From Bdellovibrionota bacterium (lineage in GTDB: Bacteria; Bdellovibrionota_C; UBA2361; JBIKWN01): a stretch of 64,000 bases of DNA. Numbering within the stretch: position 1 is the stretch's first letter; each line of letters begins with the position of its first letter. This document shows, one piece after another, positions 51,325-59,807 of this stretch. The stretch is taken from contig JBIKWN010000003.1 in the NCBI GenBank assembly GCA_044356295.1, forward strand, positions 16,655 to 80,654, read 5' to 3'. The translations under genes were made by a program, and so were the position numbers. The notes beneath the pieces were generated by a model that was not told where the DNA came from, ran no database searches, and saw only the letters and a program-made list of their open reading frames with translations.

Positions 51325-51580
51325 AAGTGGTTAACCTGTGTTAGATGAACAAAATTTCGTAAAAGATTCAAGGATTTAGTGTCGAAATGGCAGGTCTGGA
51401 TAGGAAAAGCTTGTTGGGATGCCTATGTGTTTGATTTCATCCCTAAAACATATGCCTGGAACCATTGCATAGGTCATTTGCTATGTAACTACCTGAAATA
51501 AATAGCGGTACTCTTTGCGAATTATAGAACCAATTTCTCTCAATAGTTCGATTGATCTTGAACCATTAGGAGTAGAAAAC

Positions 51581-52036
51581 ATGTTTGCAGATAAAACGGT
51601 TAAACAGGAGCAGAAGCTACAAAAATGGCATGGTGGTATCGTTGGACCGCGCGACCCTTTCACTATGAATGAATTAAAAGAAATGTCTCAGATCGGGCCT
51701 TCTTTGGTAAAGCAAATAGCTCACCTTGTTAAAGATGGCTCTAAGTCAATTCAACTAGGAGATGGAAAAGCTACAATTAGTTCCCAGGTAGAAGATGGAA
51801 AGCGCCTTTATCATCTTAGGTTTCCTGTCACTGGTTCAGACCATATAAAGGGACATTTTAATATTAAATTTGATATGGATGGATACATTTCATCTGCGAG
51901 AAAATTTAGTCACGATACTCGTATAAAGCTCAGTCCAAAAGAAATACAATTGGACGAAATTATAGAAGTCTCAGTACGAGAAGCTTTGCAGTTAACCAAG
52001 CATATGCTTGGAACTTTTCAGAAAGCGAAAAAATAA
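51581..52036 (+). CDS. Hypothetical protein
   Basis: ATG at 51581 with AGGAG 8 nt upstream (ORF-track start 51515). 151 aa. No recognised motif. Confidence 0.5.
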   Translation: MFADKTVKQEQKLQKWHGGIVGPRDPFTMNELKEMSQIGPSLVKQIAHLVKDGSKSIQLGDGKATISSQVEDGKRLYHLRFPVTGSDHIKGHFNIKFDMDGYISSARKFSHDTRIKLSPKEIQLDEIIEVSVREALQLTKHMLGTFQKAKK

Positions 52037-52049
52037 ATGGGAAATTTAC

Positions 52050-52208
52050 TCAGCTTGCTGCCTGAGCACGAACTTGAGTTTTAAACTGTTCAAGATCCCA
52101 TTTTCCTACAGCTTCACAAACACTATCGTCTCCGTTTTGGATCTCTTGTTTTAATTCGATAAGACGAAGATCTTTCAACTCGTCACGCTCTTTTAAGAGG
52201 CGAAGAGA
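52050..52208 (-). pseudogene. Truncated ParD-family antitoxin remnant (C-terminal half only)
   Basis: SLRLLKERDELKDLRLIELKQEIQNGDDS... matches the ALRLLEERE-KLEALR..I..G..SG pattern of COG3609 ParD C-termini. The ribbon-helix-helix N-terminus is missing. The ORF overlaps the parE 3' end. Confidence 0.6.
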
Positions 52209-52224
52209 GAAAAAGCCATTAAAT

Positions 52225-52536
52225 TTATAATAGATCTTCAAGGATCATAGGAAGATCGCGTGATCCATGGATTACATCGAGCACCTCAATTCCATCCTCA
52301 ACAGGCCTATAGAAAATAAGATATTTTTCAAAATCGGAAACTCTCCAAATGCGCACACCTGTTAGTCTTCGACTAAGAGATCGCAAAGGTCGCCCCATTT
52401 CAGGATTTTTCTCAAGTAAGGCAAATGAGCTTTCGACCGACTCAACAAAACGAAGAGCAACTTCTGGATTTTCCTCTATGATCCAATCAGTTTGCTCGTT
52501 AATAGAAAGAACTGCCTTACGGCGCTTAAGAATCAT
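52225..52536 (-). CDS. parE: Type II toxin, ParE/RelE family
   Basis: 103-aa ORF. ..NPEVALRFVESVESSFALLEKNPEMGRP...YLIFYRPVEDGIEVLDVIHGSRDL is the typical ParE pattern. ATGA overlap with the parD stop. Confidence 0.88.
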   Translation of the reverse strand: MILKRRKAVLSINEQTDWIIEENPEVALRFVESVESSFALLEKNPEMGRPLRSLSRRLTGVRIWRVSDFEKYLIFYRPVEDGIEVLDVIHGSRDLPMILEDLL

Positions 52537-52811
52537 TTACTCTTTTTCGCACGGGCAGCAATTTTTGTCTTTACGGCAGTTTTGATTTCATCCCAATCCG
52601 CTGAGGTCATTGGTGTTGCTTCGCCGCTATCAAGAGAAGCGAGAAGTCTCCGTTCCAATTCTTCTTGAGCTTGTCGTTTTTGATCTTCTCGAATTAAGGC
52701 ACGAATAAGATCACTAATACTGCCAAAGCCATCAACCTTCACGCGAGACTCGAGATAAGACCGCATTGGCGTAGGAAGAGAGATGTTGATTGTGGTGAGT
52801 TCTTTTTCCAT
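52533..52811 (-). CDS. parD: Type II antitoxin, ParD (CopG/ribbon-helix-helix, COG3609)
   Basis: 92-aa ORF. N-terminal beta-strand INISLP and GFGSISDLIRALIRE helix. C-terminal SLDSGEATP...DWDEI pattern. Confidence 0.85.
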   Translation of the reverse strand: MEKELTTINISLPTPMRSYLESRVKVDGFGSISDLIRALIREDQKRQAQEELERRLLASLDSGEATPMTSADWDEIKTAVKTKIAARAKKSK

Positions 52812-52824
52812 AATTGTAAGATAC

Positions 52825-52843
52825 CATAAAATGAGATTTTATG
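52825..52843. promoter_or_regulatory. Candidate ParD operator palindrome CATAAAAT-GAG-ATTTTATG
   Basis: Perfect 8-bp inverted repeat with a 3-bp spacer, 14-32 nt upstream of the parD start codon. RHH antitoxins typically autoregulate through such palindromes. Confidence 0.45.
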
Positions 52844-53148
52844 TCAATTTATATCATTTATGCCATGGCCAAAAACACTAGGTTTCGGCCAGTGACGTTT
52901 CACCCCTACTTTTCAGTGTTTTTACGCTCTTAATTATATGGGGCTTTTGGCCATACTATAATTTTGCTTCTATACAGATAAATAAAAGGAGCTCTTTCTA
53001 ACAACTTTACACTTTGAATGAATATGTTTGGCGATGGCTCAGGTTTTGAATTTTCTTGCTATTTTTGTTTAAGTTTCATGTTCTAAAACTCTCTATCTAG
53101 CAGTTATGTTTCGCACGAATCTATCGATAAATTTTATTAGCCTGAGTT

Positions 53149-54072
53149 TTAATAGTTATCCTCAAGTCCTTTCTGAGGTCGTGTCTTCCACCTTCGATGC
53201 ATCCAAAACCACCCTTCAGGAAAACCGAGAATATGTTTCTCAAAAGCTGCTGAAGCTCTTTTGGTAACTTCAAGAATTTTATCATCTTTACTGAGTGATT
53301 CATCACGGTAAATTTCTGAACATTCAACGTGACTCGTAATCAGTTCATACTTATTTATGTCATGGTTATATTTCAACGAAATTGCAAGGACATGTGCTTC
53401 ACTTTTAACTGCAGCTAATCCAAGTGTAAAAGTAGTAGCAGCAAGGGTGCCAAACCAAGGAACAAAAAGTGCATAATTACTTTTTACATTTTGATCAAAA
53501 AGTAGTGCGCAGTCTTTTCCATCAGATAAGAGTTGCAGCATTTTCTGTACAGCACCTTTTCTGGGAATAATTTTATTGCCATTATGTTCGCGCTTTCTGG
53601 TCCACCATTCATCAAGATAAGGAAGTTCGAAATTTCTTACTATAAAATTTACGGGGTACCCTTTTAAAGCAACTACATGGGCCATAAGCTCAAAACTTCC
53701 TAGATGACCAGCAGCATATAGTATCGGTCTATGAGGAGTTTCTGAACGTAGCTTTTTAAACAAGCCTTCATCAATAGTAACATTTTCATCAACCCACTTT
53801 TTATCAAGATCAGTGAGTCGACCAAAATCAATGATAAGTCTTGCAATTTCTCGGATACTTTTAAAATAGGTCTCTTGATGGAATGATTTAGATTCGTTTG
53901 GGTATACTCTTTCTAGGTTTTTTAAAGAAACTTCTTTATAACTTGGAATAAAGAAGATTCCAGCGCGAAGAATAGCTTCAACGATGTCGATTCGCCCCTT
54001 TACGGGAAAGAAGTTAAGAAGAGCAAATAGCCCTCTAATAAACCACAATGAAATAAGATCGACAAAAATCAA
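53149..54072 (-). CDS. Lipid A biosynthesis (Kdo2-lipid IVA) acyltransferase, LpxL/HtrB family
   Basis: 307-aa ORF with a TTG start. N-terminal TM. HX4(D/E)-type motif GHLGSFE. Lysophospholipid-acyltransferase-like layout. Confidence 0.75.
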   Translation of the reverse strand: MIFVDLISLWFIRGLFALLNFFPVKGRIDIVEAILRAGIFFIPSYKEVSLKNLERVYPNESKSFHQETYFKSIREIARLIIDFGRLTDLDKKWVDENVTIDEGLFKKLRSETPHRPILYAAGHLGSFELMAHVVALKGYPVNFIVRNFELPYLDEWWTRKREHNGNKIIPRKGAVQKMLQLLSDGKDCALLFDQNVKSNYALFVPWFGTLAATTFTLGLAAVKSEAHVLAISLKYNHDINKYELITSHVECSEIYRDESLSKDDKILEVTKRASAAFEKHILGFPEGWFWMHRRWKTRPQKGLEDNY

Positions 54073-54137
54073 AAGAAATTCCCTCTAAACCAGCCCCCTA
54101 TCCTACTCGCTCTGAGGATTCTGTTCTATACTCTGGT

Positions 54138-54680
54138 ATGCAAATTTTTCGTTCTTTTTTATCGCTCCTCATAGCAAGTTTTATCTCTTGTACGTTTGTT
54201 TATGCTGAAACGTTCAAAGGAACGGTAACCAGAATCATAGACGGTGATACCATTCGTGTTACTGTTAAAAAAAGCAATATAAAGGTACGCCTGATAGGAA
54301 TTGATGCACTAGAAAAAATCGATAATCCAAAAGCTCAAAAAGACTCCCTGCGTCTTAATCAAACTCAAGAATTTGCAAAAAAAGGAGGTTTTGAGGCTCG
54401 AAACTACCTATCAACATTAATTGCCCCAGGCGACACTATAACCCTTGAGACCGACAGATCCAGATATGATCAATACGGCAGAACTCTTGCCTATATTTTT
54501 GATTCGGAAGGAACGTTTATAAATAAAAAATTAATCCTTGATGGATATGCTGGTCTTTTAATTTATGCCCCTAATGATTCAAGAGCAAGAGAGCTAAGCG
54601 ATGCATTTGATGATTCAAAAAATAACAAGCGAGGACTTTGGAATGAGGGCTTTAATCTTACATATAGATGGAAGAGATAA
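54138..54680 (+). CDS. Secreted thermonuclease (staphylococcal-nuclease, SNase-like)
   Basis: 180-aa ORF. Signal peptide. VTRIIDGDTIRV, VRLIGIDALE, GRTLAYIF and RGLW SNase blocks. Confidence 0.85.
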   Translation: MQIFRSFLSLLIASFISCTFVYAETFKGTVTRIIDGDTIRVTVKKSNIKVRLIGIDALEKIDNPKAQKDSLRLNQTQEFAKKGGFEARNYLSTLIAPGDTITLETDRSRYDQYGRTLAYIFDSEGTFINKKLILDGYAGLLIYAPNDSRARELSDAFDDSKNNKRGLWNEGFNLTYRWKR

Positions 54681-54683
54681 ACT

Positions 54684-56615
54684 ATGAGTTGTCATGCCTG
54701 CGATAGCGAAACGGACTGTGTCACTGATAGATCGTCACACGATCTGCGAAGATTTTTATTTTGCGCATTCTTCACAGTCCCCCTGCTCCTTCATATGGTT
54801 TTGCCTTTCCATCTTCTTCATAACCATTGGTTTCAGTTAGCACTTTCGTTTCCAGTCGTCTTAGTAGGCGCCGTTTACTTTGCACCAAGTGCAATAAAGT
54901 CCTTATCTCGATTTTATCCAAATATGGACGTACTAATTGTTATTGGATTTTTAAGTGCGTTTTTTTATAGCTTAGCCGGTATTTATCTTGGTCGCCCAAA
55001 AGAATTTTTATTTTTTGAAACTGCAGCTTCTATTGTTTGTTATACCCTTTTAGGAAATCTTCTTGAGCACCGCTCAGATGCTAAAACAAACGCAAGTATC
55101 TCTGAGCTACTTTTACTTCAACCAAAAAAAGCTAAAAAAGTTTCTGGCACAGGTTCATTAAAAACTTTTTTTGAGTGCGATATTACTGATGTAAAAGTAC
55201 ACGATCGTCTTTATGTTGGAACAGGAGACACCATTCCATGCGATGCAATAGTTGATTCCGGAGATCTGCTCGTCAATGAAGCTATTATTACGGGCGAATC
55301 ACTTCCCCTTGAAAAATCAAAGAATGATACCGTGCTCTCAGGTACTGTTGTTGAACAGGGAAACGCTGAGATACTCGTTACTGCAGATAGTAGTAGTTCA
55401 ATGCTCTCAGAGATCATAAGAACTGTTTCAAAAGCTAAAGATGCTAAGCCTGCAATTCAAAGAATTGGTGATACCGTAAGTGCTATTTTTGTTCCGACGG
55501 TACTTTTAATTGCAACAGCTGCGTTTTTATACTCACTCTTCGGCGCTGGAAACGATCTTACAGAATCTATATTAAGAGGAATCGCTGTACTCGTTGTAGC
55601 CTGTCCTTGTGCAATGGGACTTGCAACCCCTACAGCAGTTACAGTTGCAATTGGGCGAGCTGCACGTTCAGGTTTACTGATTAAAGGAGGTGATATTCTA
55701 GAAAGAGTTGCTTCTATTACTCATTTTATATTTGATAAAACTGGCACAATTACTACTGGCTCATTTGAAATTGAAAAAATAGTCCTCTCTGAACAAGCTA
55801 CTGAAGAAGAAAAGTCACAGGTAGGATCTATTATTCGCTCACTTGAGCAGTTTTCAACTCATCCTATAGCAACGTCTCTTTCTCGCATCTATCAAAACGA
55901 ACCAATCATTGACTTTGATCGTGTTGATGAAAAAAAAGGTTTGGGTATAGAAGGAGTAACAAAAAGCGGAATACAATACAGTTTAGGTTCCCAAAAAATG
56001 TTTTCTCACCTTAAAGATATTCCGTTAGGTGATGTCATTATCACCAAGAATAAAATTTTTCTTGCTGCTCTTTATATCAAAGATCAAATTCACCCTTCTG
56101 CTTCAGATGTTTTAAATACACTTCACAATGAAAAGTATTTACTGACACTTTTAAGTGGTGATAGAAAAGAAAAATGTGATGCTTTAGAAAAGACACTTCC
56201 TTTTGATGTTATCTTGAGTGAAAAGCAGCCATCCGAAAAACTTCAAGAGATTACTGCATTACAGAAAAATTCACTCGTAGGGTATGTTGGAGATGGAGTT
56301 AATGATGCTCCAAGTTTAACCGCTGCAAGCGTTGGTGTCTCTTTTGGTGAAGCAACAGGAGCTGCAATCGCATCTGCTTCAGTTGTTATTCTTTCTCATG
56401 ATTTAACAAAAGTTTTAGAACTTGTTCACTTATCTAAACGAACAGTACTTACAATCAAGCAAAATCTTTTTTGGGCTTTTTTCTATAATATTTTAATGAT
56501 TCCTCTCGCGGCATTTGGATTTCTTGCACCAAGCTTTGCAGCACTAGCAATGGCACTATCTGATGTGTTTGTTATCGGAAACTCTTTGCGCCTTCGAACA
56601 ATACGTTTAAAGTAA
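54684..56615 (+). CDS. Heavy-metal-translocating P1B-type ATPase (Cu-type signature)
   Basis: 643-aa ORF. TGES, CPC in ACPCAMGLATP, DKTGTIT, GDGVNDAP. YN in the next-to-last TM, and MALSD in the last TM. No HMA domain, only an N-terminal MSCHACDSETDC. Confidence 0.9.
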   Translation: MSCHACDSETDCVTDRSSHDLRRFLFCAFFTVPLLLHMVLPFHLLHNHWFQLALSFPVVLVGAVYFAPSAIKSLSRFYPNMDVLIVIGFLSAFFYSLAGIYLGRPKEFLFFETAASIVCYTLLGNLLEHRSDAKTNASISELLLLQPKKAKKVSGTGSLKTFFECDITDVKVHDRLYVGTGDTIPCDAIVDSGDLLVNEAIITGESLPLEKSKNDTVLSGTVVEQGNAEILVTADSSSSMLSEIIRTVSKAKDAKPAIQRIGDTVSAIFVPTVLLIATAAFLYSLFGAGNDLTESILRGIAVLVVACPCAMGLATPTAVTVAIGRAARSGLLIKGGDILERVASITHFIFDKTGTITTGSFEIEKIVLSEQATEEEKSQVGSIIRSLEQFSTHPIATSLSRIYQNEPIIDFDRVDEKKGLGIEGVTKSGIQYSLGSQKMFSHLKDIPLGDVIITKNKIFLAALYIKDQIHPSASDVLNTLHNEKYLLTLLSGDRKEKCDALEKTLPFDVILSEKQPSEKLQEITALQKNSLVGYVGDGVNDAPSLTAASVGVSFGEATGAAIASASVVILSHDLTKVLELVHLSKRTVLTIKQNLFWAFFYNILMIPLAAFGFLAPSFAALAMALSDVFVIGNSLRLRTIRLK

Positions 56616-56621
56616 GTATCT

Positions 56622-57824
56622 ATGATTGAAAGTGAGCTCCTTGAACAAAATGTTGATCTTATAAAATGGAACAATGCTGAAATTATTCTTGTTGGAACTG
56701 CTCATGTCAGCCAACAAAGTGTTGAATTAACTGAAAGAATTATTGAAGAGCACAATCCAGATATTGTTGCAGTCGAGCTTTGTCAATCTCGATTTGATTC
56801 GCTCAAAGATCCTAATCGTTGGAAAAATACCGATGTCATTACGATCTTAAAGACTGGAAGGATATATGTCCTTCTTTTACAACTCGTACTTGCAAGTTAT
56901 CAAAAACGTCTTGGTAATGAACTGAATGTAAAACCAGGAGCTGAGATGATGGCGGCCGTCAAAAAAGCCGAAAGTAAAAATATTGAAATTGTTCTTGCTG
57001 ATAGGGATGTTAAAACAACTCTTCGAAGAGCATGGTCTAATACAAGGGTCTTTAGTATTTTTAAACTTTTCTTTTCATCACTCTATGAAGAAGTAAAAGG
57101 ACTATTTAAATCTGACAAAAAAGATTCCATGACTATCGGTGACGAGATTGAACGTTTAAAAAATCCTGACGCTCTCGATCAGATGATGAAAGAGTTTTCT
57201 GAAGCACTACCAGATGTAAAGGAACCACTTATTGATGAACGAGATCTTTACATAGCTTCGAAAATTAAAGACGCAGCACTTCCAGGGAAAAAAATTGTAG
57301 CAATCCTAGGTGCTGGACATATCCCTGGGATCAAAAATATTTTTAAACAAGAAATAGATAGAAACATTCTTGAAGTTATTCCTCCCGCTTCAACAGCAAG
57401 TAAAGTACTTGGAGTATTTTTTCCTGCGTTCTTAACCATCGCTTTAATTGCAGGATTTTTTTGGGGAGGCAAAGATACCTCGCTAGCAATCGCAGGAACT
57501 TGGATCTTGTATACAGGCATATCTGCTGCAATTGGAGCTGCTATTTCACTAGCTCATCCACTCTCGATAATTACTGCTGGACTCACTGCTCCTTTAACGA
57601 CAATTCATCCCATTTTATCGGTTGGATGGTTTGCCGGTTTTGTTGAGGCTTGGATTCGGACTCCAAGGGTTACCGACATGGAAACGGTTCTTGATGACAT
57701 AGGATCCCTTAAAGGCATCTATAACAACCGTTTTGCACGTGTTTTTTTGGTCATGATCCTCACTAACCTTACGACTTCAATCGGTATGATTTGGGGCGTA
57801 AAAGTGGTAGCATCTCTGCTGTGA
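56622..57824 (+). CDS. TraB/PrgY/GumN-family protein
   Basis: 400-aa ORF. IILVGTAHVSQQSVE...DIVAVELCQSR N-terminal TraB signature, GAGHIPG, C-terminal TM segments. Confidence 0.8.
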   Translation: MIESELLEQNVDLIKWNNAEIILVGTAHVSQQSVELTERIIEEHNPDIVAVELCQSRFDSLKDPNRWKNTDVITILKTGRIYVLLLQLVLASYQKRLGNELNVKPGAEMMAAVKKAESKNIEIVLADRDVKTTLRRAWSNTRVFSIFKLFFSSLYEEVKGLFKSDKKDSMTIGDEIERLKNPDALDQMMKEFSEALPDVKEPLIDERDLYIASKIKDAALPGKKIVAILGAGHIPGIKNIFKQEIDRNILEVIPPASTASKVLGVFFPAFLTIALIAGFFWGGKDTSLAIAGTWILYTGISAAIGAAISLAHPLSIITAGLTAPLTTIHPILSVGWFAGFVEAWIRTPRVTDMETVLDDIGSLKGIYNNRFARVFLVMILTNLTTSIGMIWGVKVVASLL

Positions 57825-58807
57825 GTAAGCAGGATAAACTTTCCCCCTTACAATTTGGATGCACTATTCTTGCAGAAACGAGCGAGGCAATTTCCCGCTG
57901 CCAAGAGACATTGAGCAATTCATTTGAACATGCTGTAAGACTCATTATGAGTCTTAATGTCCATGGGCATGTTGTTACCTCAGGAATTGGAAAAGCTGGA
58001 ATCATTGCTCAAAAAATATCTGCAACACTTGCAAGTATTGGAGTTCCAAGTTTTTTTCTGCATCCAGCTGAAGCAGTTCACGGTGACATGGGTCGTTTTA
58101 CAAAACTTGATGTTGCTCTTATTTTTTCGAATTCTGGTGAAACTGAAGAAGTAACCAGAATGATCCCTGCAATAAAACGGATTGGTGCGCCGATTGTTTC
58201 CATTACTGCTGGAAAAGACTCAACGATTGCAAAGCATAGCGACATTACTCTTTGGTACGCTCTTCCTAAAGAGAGTGGTCCACTTTCCTTAGCTCCAACA
58301 ACAAGTACTTCTGTCATGCTTGCCATTGGCGATGCTCTTTCAATGACAATTCTTAGAGAGAAAGGGCTTACAAAAGAAGAGTTTGCCTTCTTTCATCCTG
58401 GAGGAGCACTTGGAAGAGCTCTTCTTACCGTTAGAGAAGTCATGAGAGTTAATGATGAAGTTCTTATCGTTCCTGAATCAACTCTTGTTAAAGATGTTCT
58501 TCATAAGATTAGTCTTACGAAAGGAAGACCTGGAGCGGCGCTTATTATTAATTCATCAGGAATTCTGAGTGGAATCTTTACTGACGGTGATTTAAGAAGA
58601 TGCCTTGAATCTGGAACTTCATTTTTAGAAAAGCCCGTTTATGACGTAATGGGTAAATCTCCGAAAACTATCTCTGCAGATAAACTTGCATCTGAAGCTA
58701 CTAAAATTTTGCTTGATAATAAAATTGATCAACTTGGAATTATTGATGAGTCTGGATGTCCAATTGGACTTGTCGATATTCAGGATGTTGCTGCTTCAAA
58801 TCGTTAA
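57821..58807 (+). CDS. kdsD: Arabinose-5-phosphate isomerase KdsD (KpsF/GutQ family; SIS + tandem CBS)
   Basis: SIS motif TSGIGKAGIIAQK and FSNSGETEE; two C-terminal CBS domains. The GTG at 57821 overlaps the TraB stop (GTGA). The ORF-track TTG at 57791 is an alternative. Confidence 0.9.
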   Translation: MSKQDKLSPLQFGCTILAETSEAISRCQETLSNSFEHAVRLIMSLNVHGHVVTSGIGKAGIIAQKISATLASIGVPSFFLHPAEAVHGDMGRFTKLDVALIFSNSGETEEVTRMIPAIKRIGAPIVSITAGKDSTIAKHSDITLWYALPKESGPLSLAPTTSTSVMLAIGDALSMTILREKGLTKEEFAFFHPGGALGRALLTVREVMRVNDEVLIVPESTLVKDVLHKISLTKGRPGAALIINSSGILSGIFTDGDLRRCLESGTSFLEKPVYDVMGKSPKTISADKLASEATKILLDNKIDQLGIIDESGCPIGLVDIQDVAASNR

Positions 58808-58842
58808 CTGTCTCTTTAGTCAGAGAACAAAACCCCATCTCC

Positions 58843-58866
58843 GTGAGCCTAGGCGTGAGCGTGACC
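58843..58866. repeat. Hexamer-periodic array GTGAGC CTAGGC GTGAGC GTGACC (second copy)
   Basis: 20 of 26 positions match the array region at 14370-14395 (CCGTGAaCCTgacCGTGAGCaTGAgC versus CCGTGAgCCTaggCGTGAGCgTGAcC). Followed by A8. Confidence 0.8.
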
Positions 58867-58963
58867 AAAAAAAAGCAGATGGCTTCTAAATAAATTAAAG
58901 CAATAAAATCAAATAGTTAGAACCACTTATCCTTCATTATTCTCTCGGAGCTTGAAAAAACAC

Positions 58964-58991
58964 TAAAGTTTTCCAATCCAAAAGCCGTATT
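58964..58991 (+). promoter_or_regulatory. Candidate sigma-28 (FliA) promoter of the flagellin gene
   Basis: Perfect -35 TAAAGTTT (58964-58971), 12-nt spacer, -10-like GCCGTATT (58984-58991, 4 of 8 to GCCGATAA). It ends only 9 nt before the ATG. Confidence 0.35.
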
Positions 58992-59000
58992 ATGTAACTG

Positions 59001-59807
59001 ATGGGTAATAACGGGTCGGTAGACGGCATTAAGCGAAATTTATTTCGCCAAACTGAAGAGCTTACACGCTCAAACAGTAAACTTGCTTCTGGAAAAAGAA
59101 TCGAGCGCGCGGCAGATGATGCTGCTGGCTTAGCAGTTGCTGAAAAACTTCTTGCAGATAGTGTTCAATTCTCTCAAGCATCACGAAATATTTCAGATGG
59201 TGTTTCCTTAACTCAGATACAAGACGGAGTTTACAGTTCACTGAGCGATATCAACTCTCGCCTCACTGAACTTGCCACTCAATCTTCAAATGGAACATTA
59301 AGTGATACTCAGCGCTCTACCCTCAATCAAGAATTCCAAGCTCTGAGCCAAGAAGCAACCCGTATCGTTAGCTCTACAACATTTAACGGACAAAATGTTT
59401 TTTCAGGCACAACCAACATTCAAGTGGGAATTGATAACTCTGAAAATTCAACGATTGCACTTGTCGATCCAAAACTTGGGGAAACAGTCGCTCAACTGAC
59501 TCCGCTCAGTATTGATTCTCAAGCAAACGCACAAGCATCTCTTGGATTTTTAAATAGTTTTAGTGAACAGCTCTCACGAAGTCGTGGTGATTTAGGGTCA
59601 CAGCAATCTCGCCTCGATTCAGCTAATAATATTGCTCAGACTCAGCGAGATAGCGCTATAACGGCCGAATCTAGAATCCGAGACTTAGACTATGCCGAAG
59701 AAATTACTAAACGTACTGCTCTGGTTATAAGTCAACAAAGCTCCACCGCTCTCCTTGCCCAAGCAAGCAAGTTGAATGCTGGAATTGTCCAAAAATTAAT
59801 TAGTTAA
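59001..59807 (+). CDS. fliC: Flagellin (short, D0/D1-only type)
   Basis: 268-aa ORF. N-terminal KLASGKRIERAADDAAGLAVAEKL. C-terminal DLDYAEEITKRTALVISQQSSTALLAQASK. An in-frame stop lies 2 codons upstream of the ATG. Confidence 0.9.
   Translation: MGNNGSVDGIKRNLFRQTEELTRSNSKLASGKRIERAADDAAGLAVAEKLLADSVQFSQASRNISDGVSLTQIQDGVYSSLSDINSRLTELATQSSNGTLSDTQRSTLNQEFQALSQEATRIVSSTTFNGQNVFSGTTNIQVGIDNSENSTIALVDPKLGETVAQLTPLSIDSQANAQASLGFLNSFSEQLSRSRGDLGSQQSRLDSANNIAQTQRDSAITAESRIRDLDYAEEITKRTALVISQQSSTALLAQASKLNAGIVQKLIS

Noticed and set aside
51381-51470. Sigma-54 promoter candidates in the spacer upstream of the HerA-like gene (TGGCAGGTCTGGATA and CTGGAACCATTGCAT). A similar candidate lies upstream of the coiled-coil gene (TGGAAATCTGAAGCA, near 37330).
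   Set aside because: The GG-to-GC spacing is wrong by 1-3 nt, or the -12 TTGC is missing in each case.
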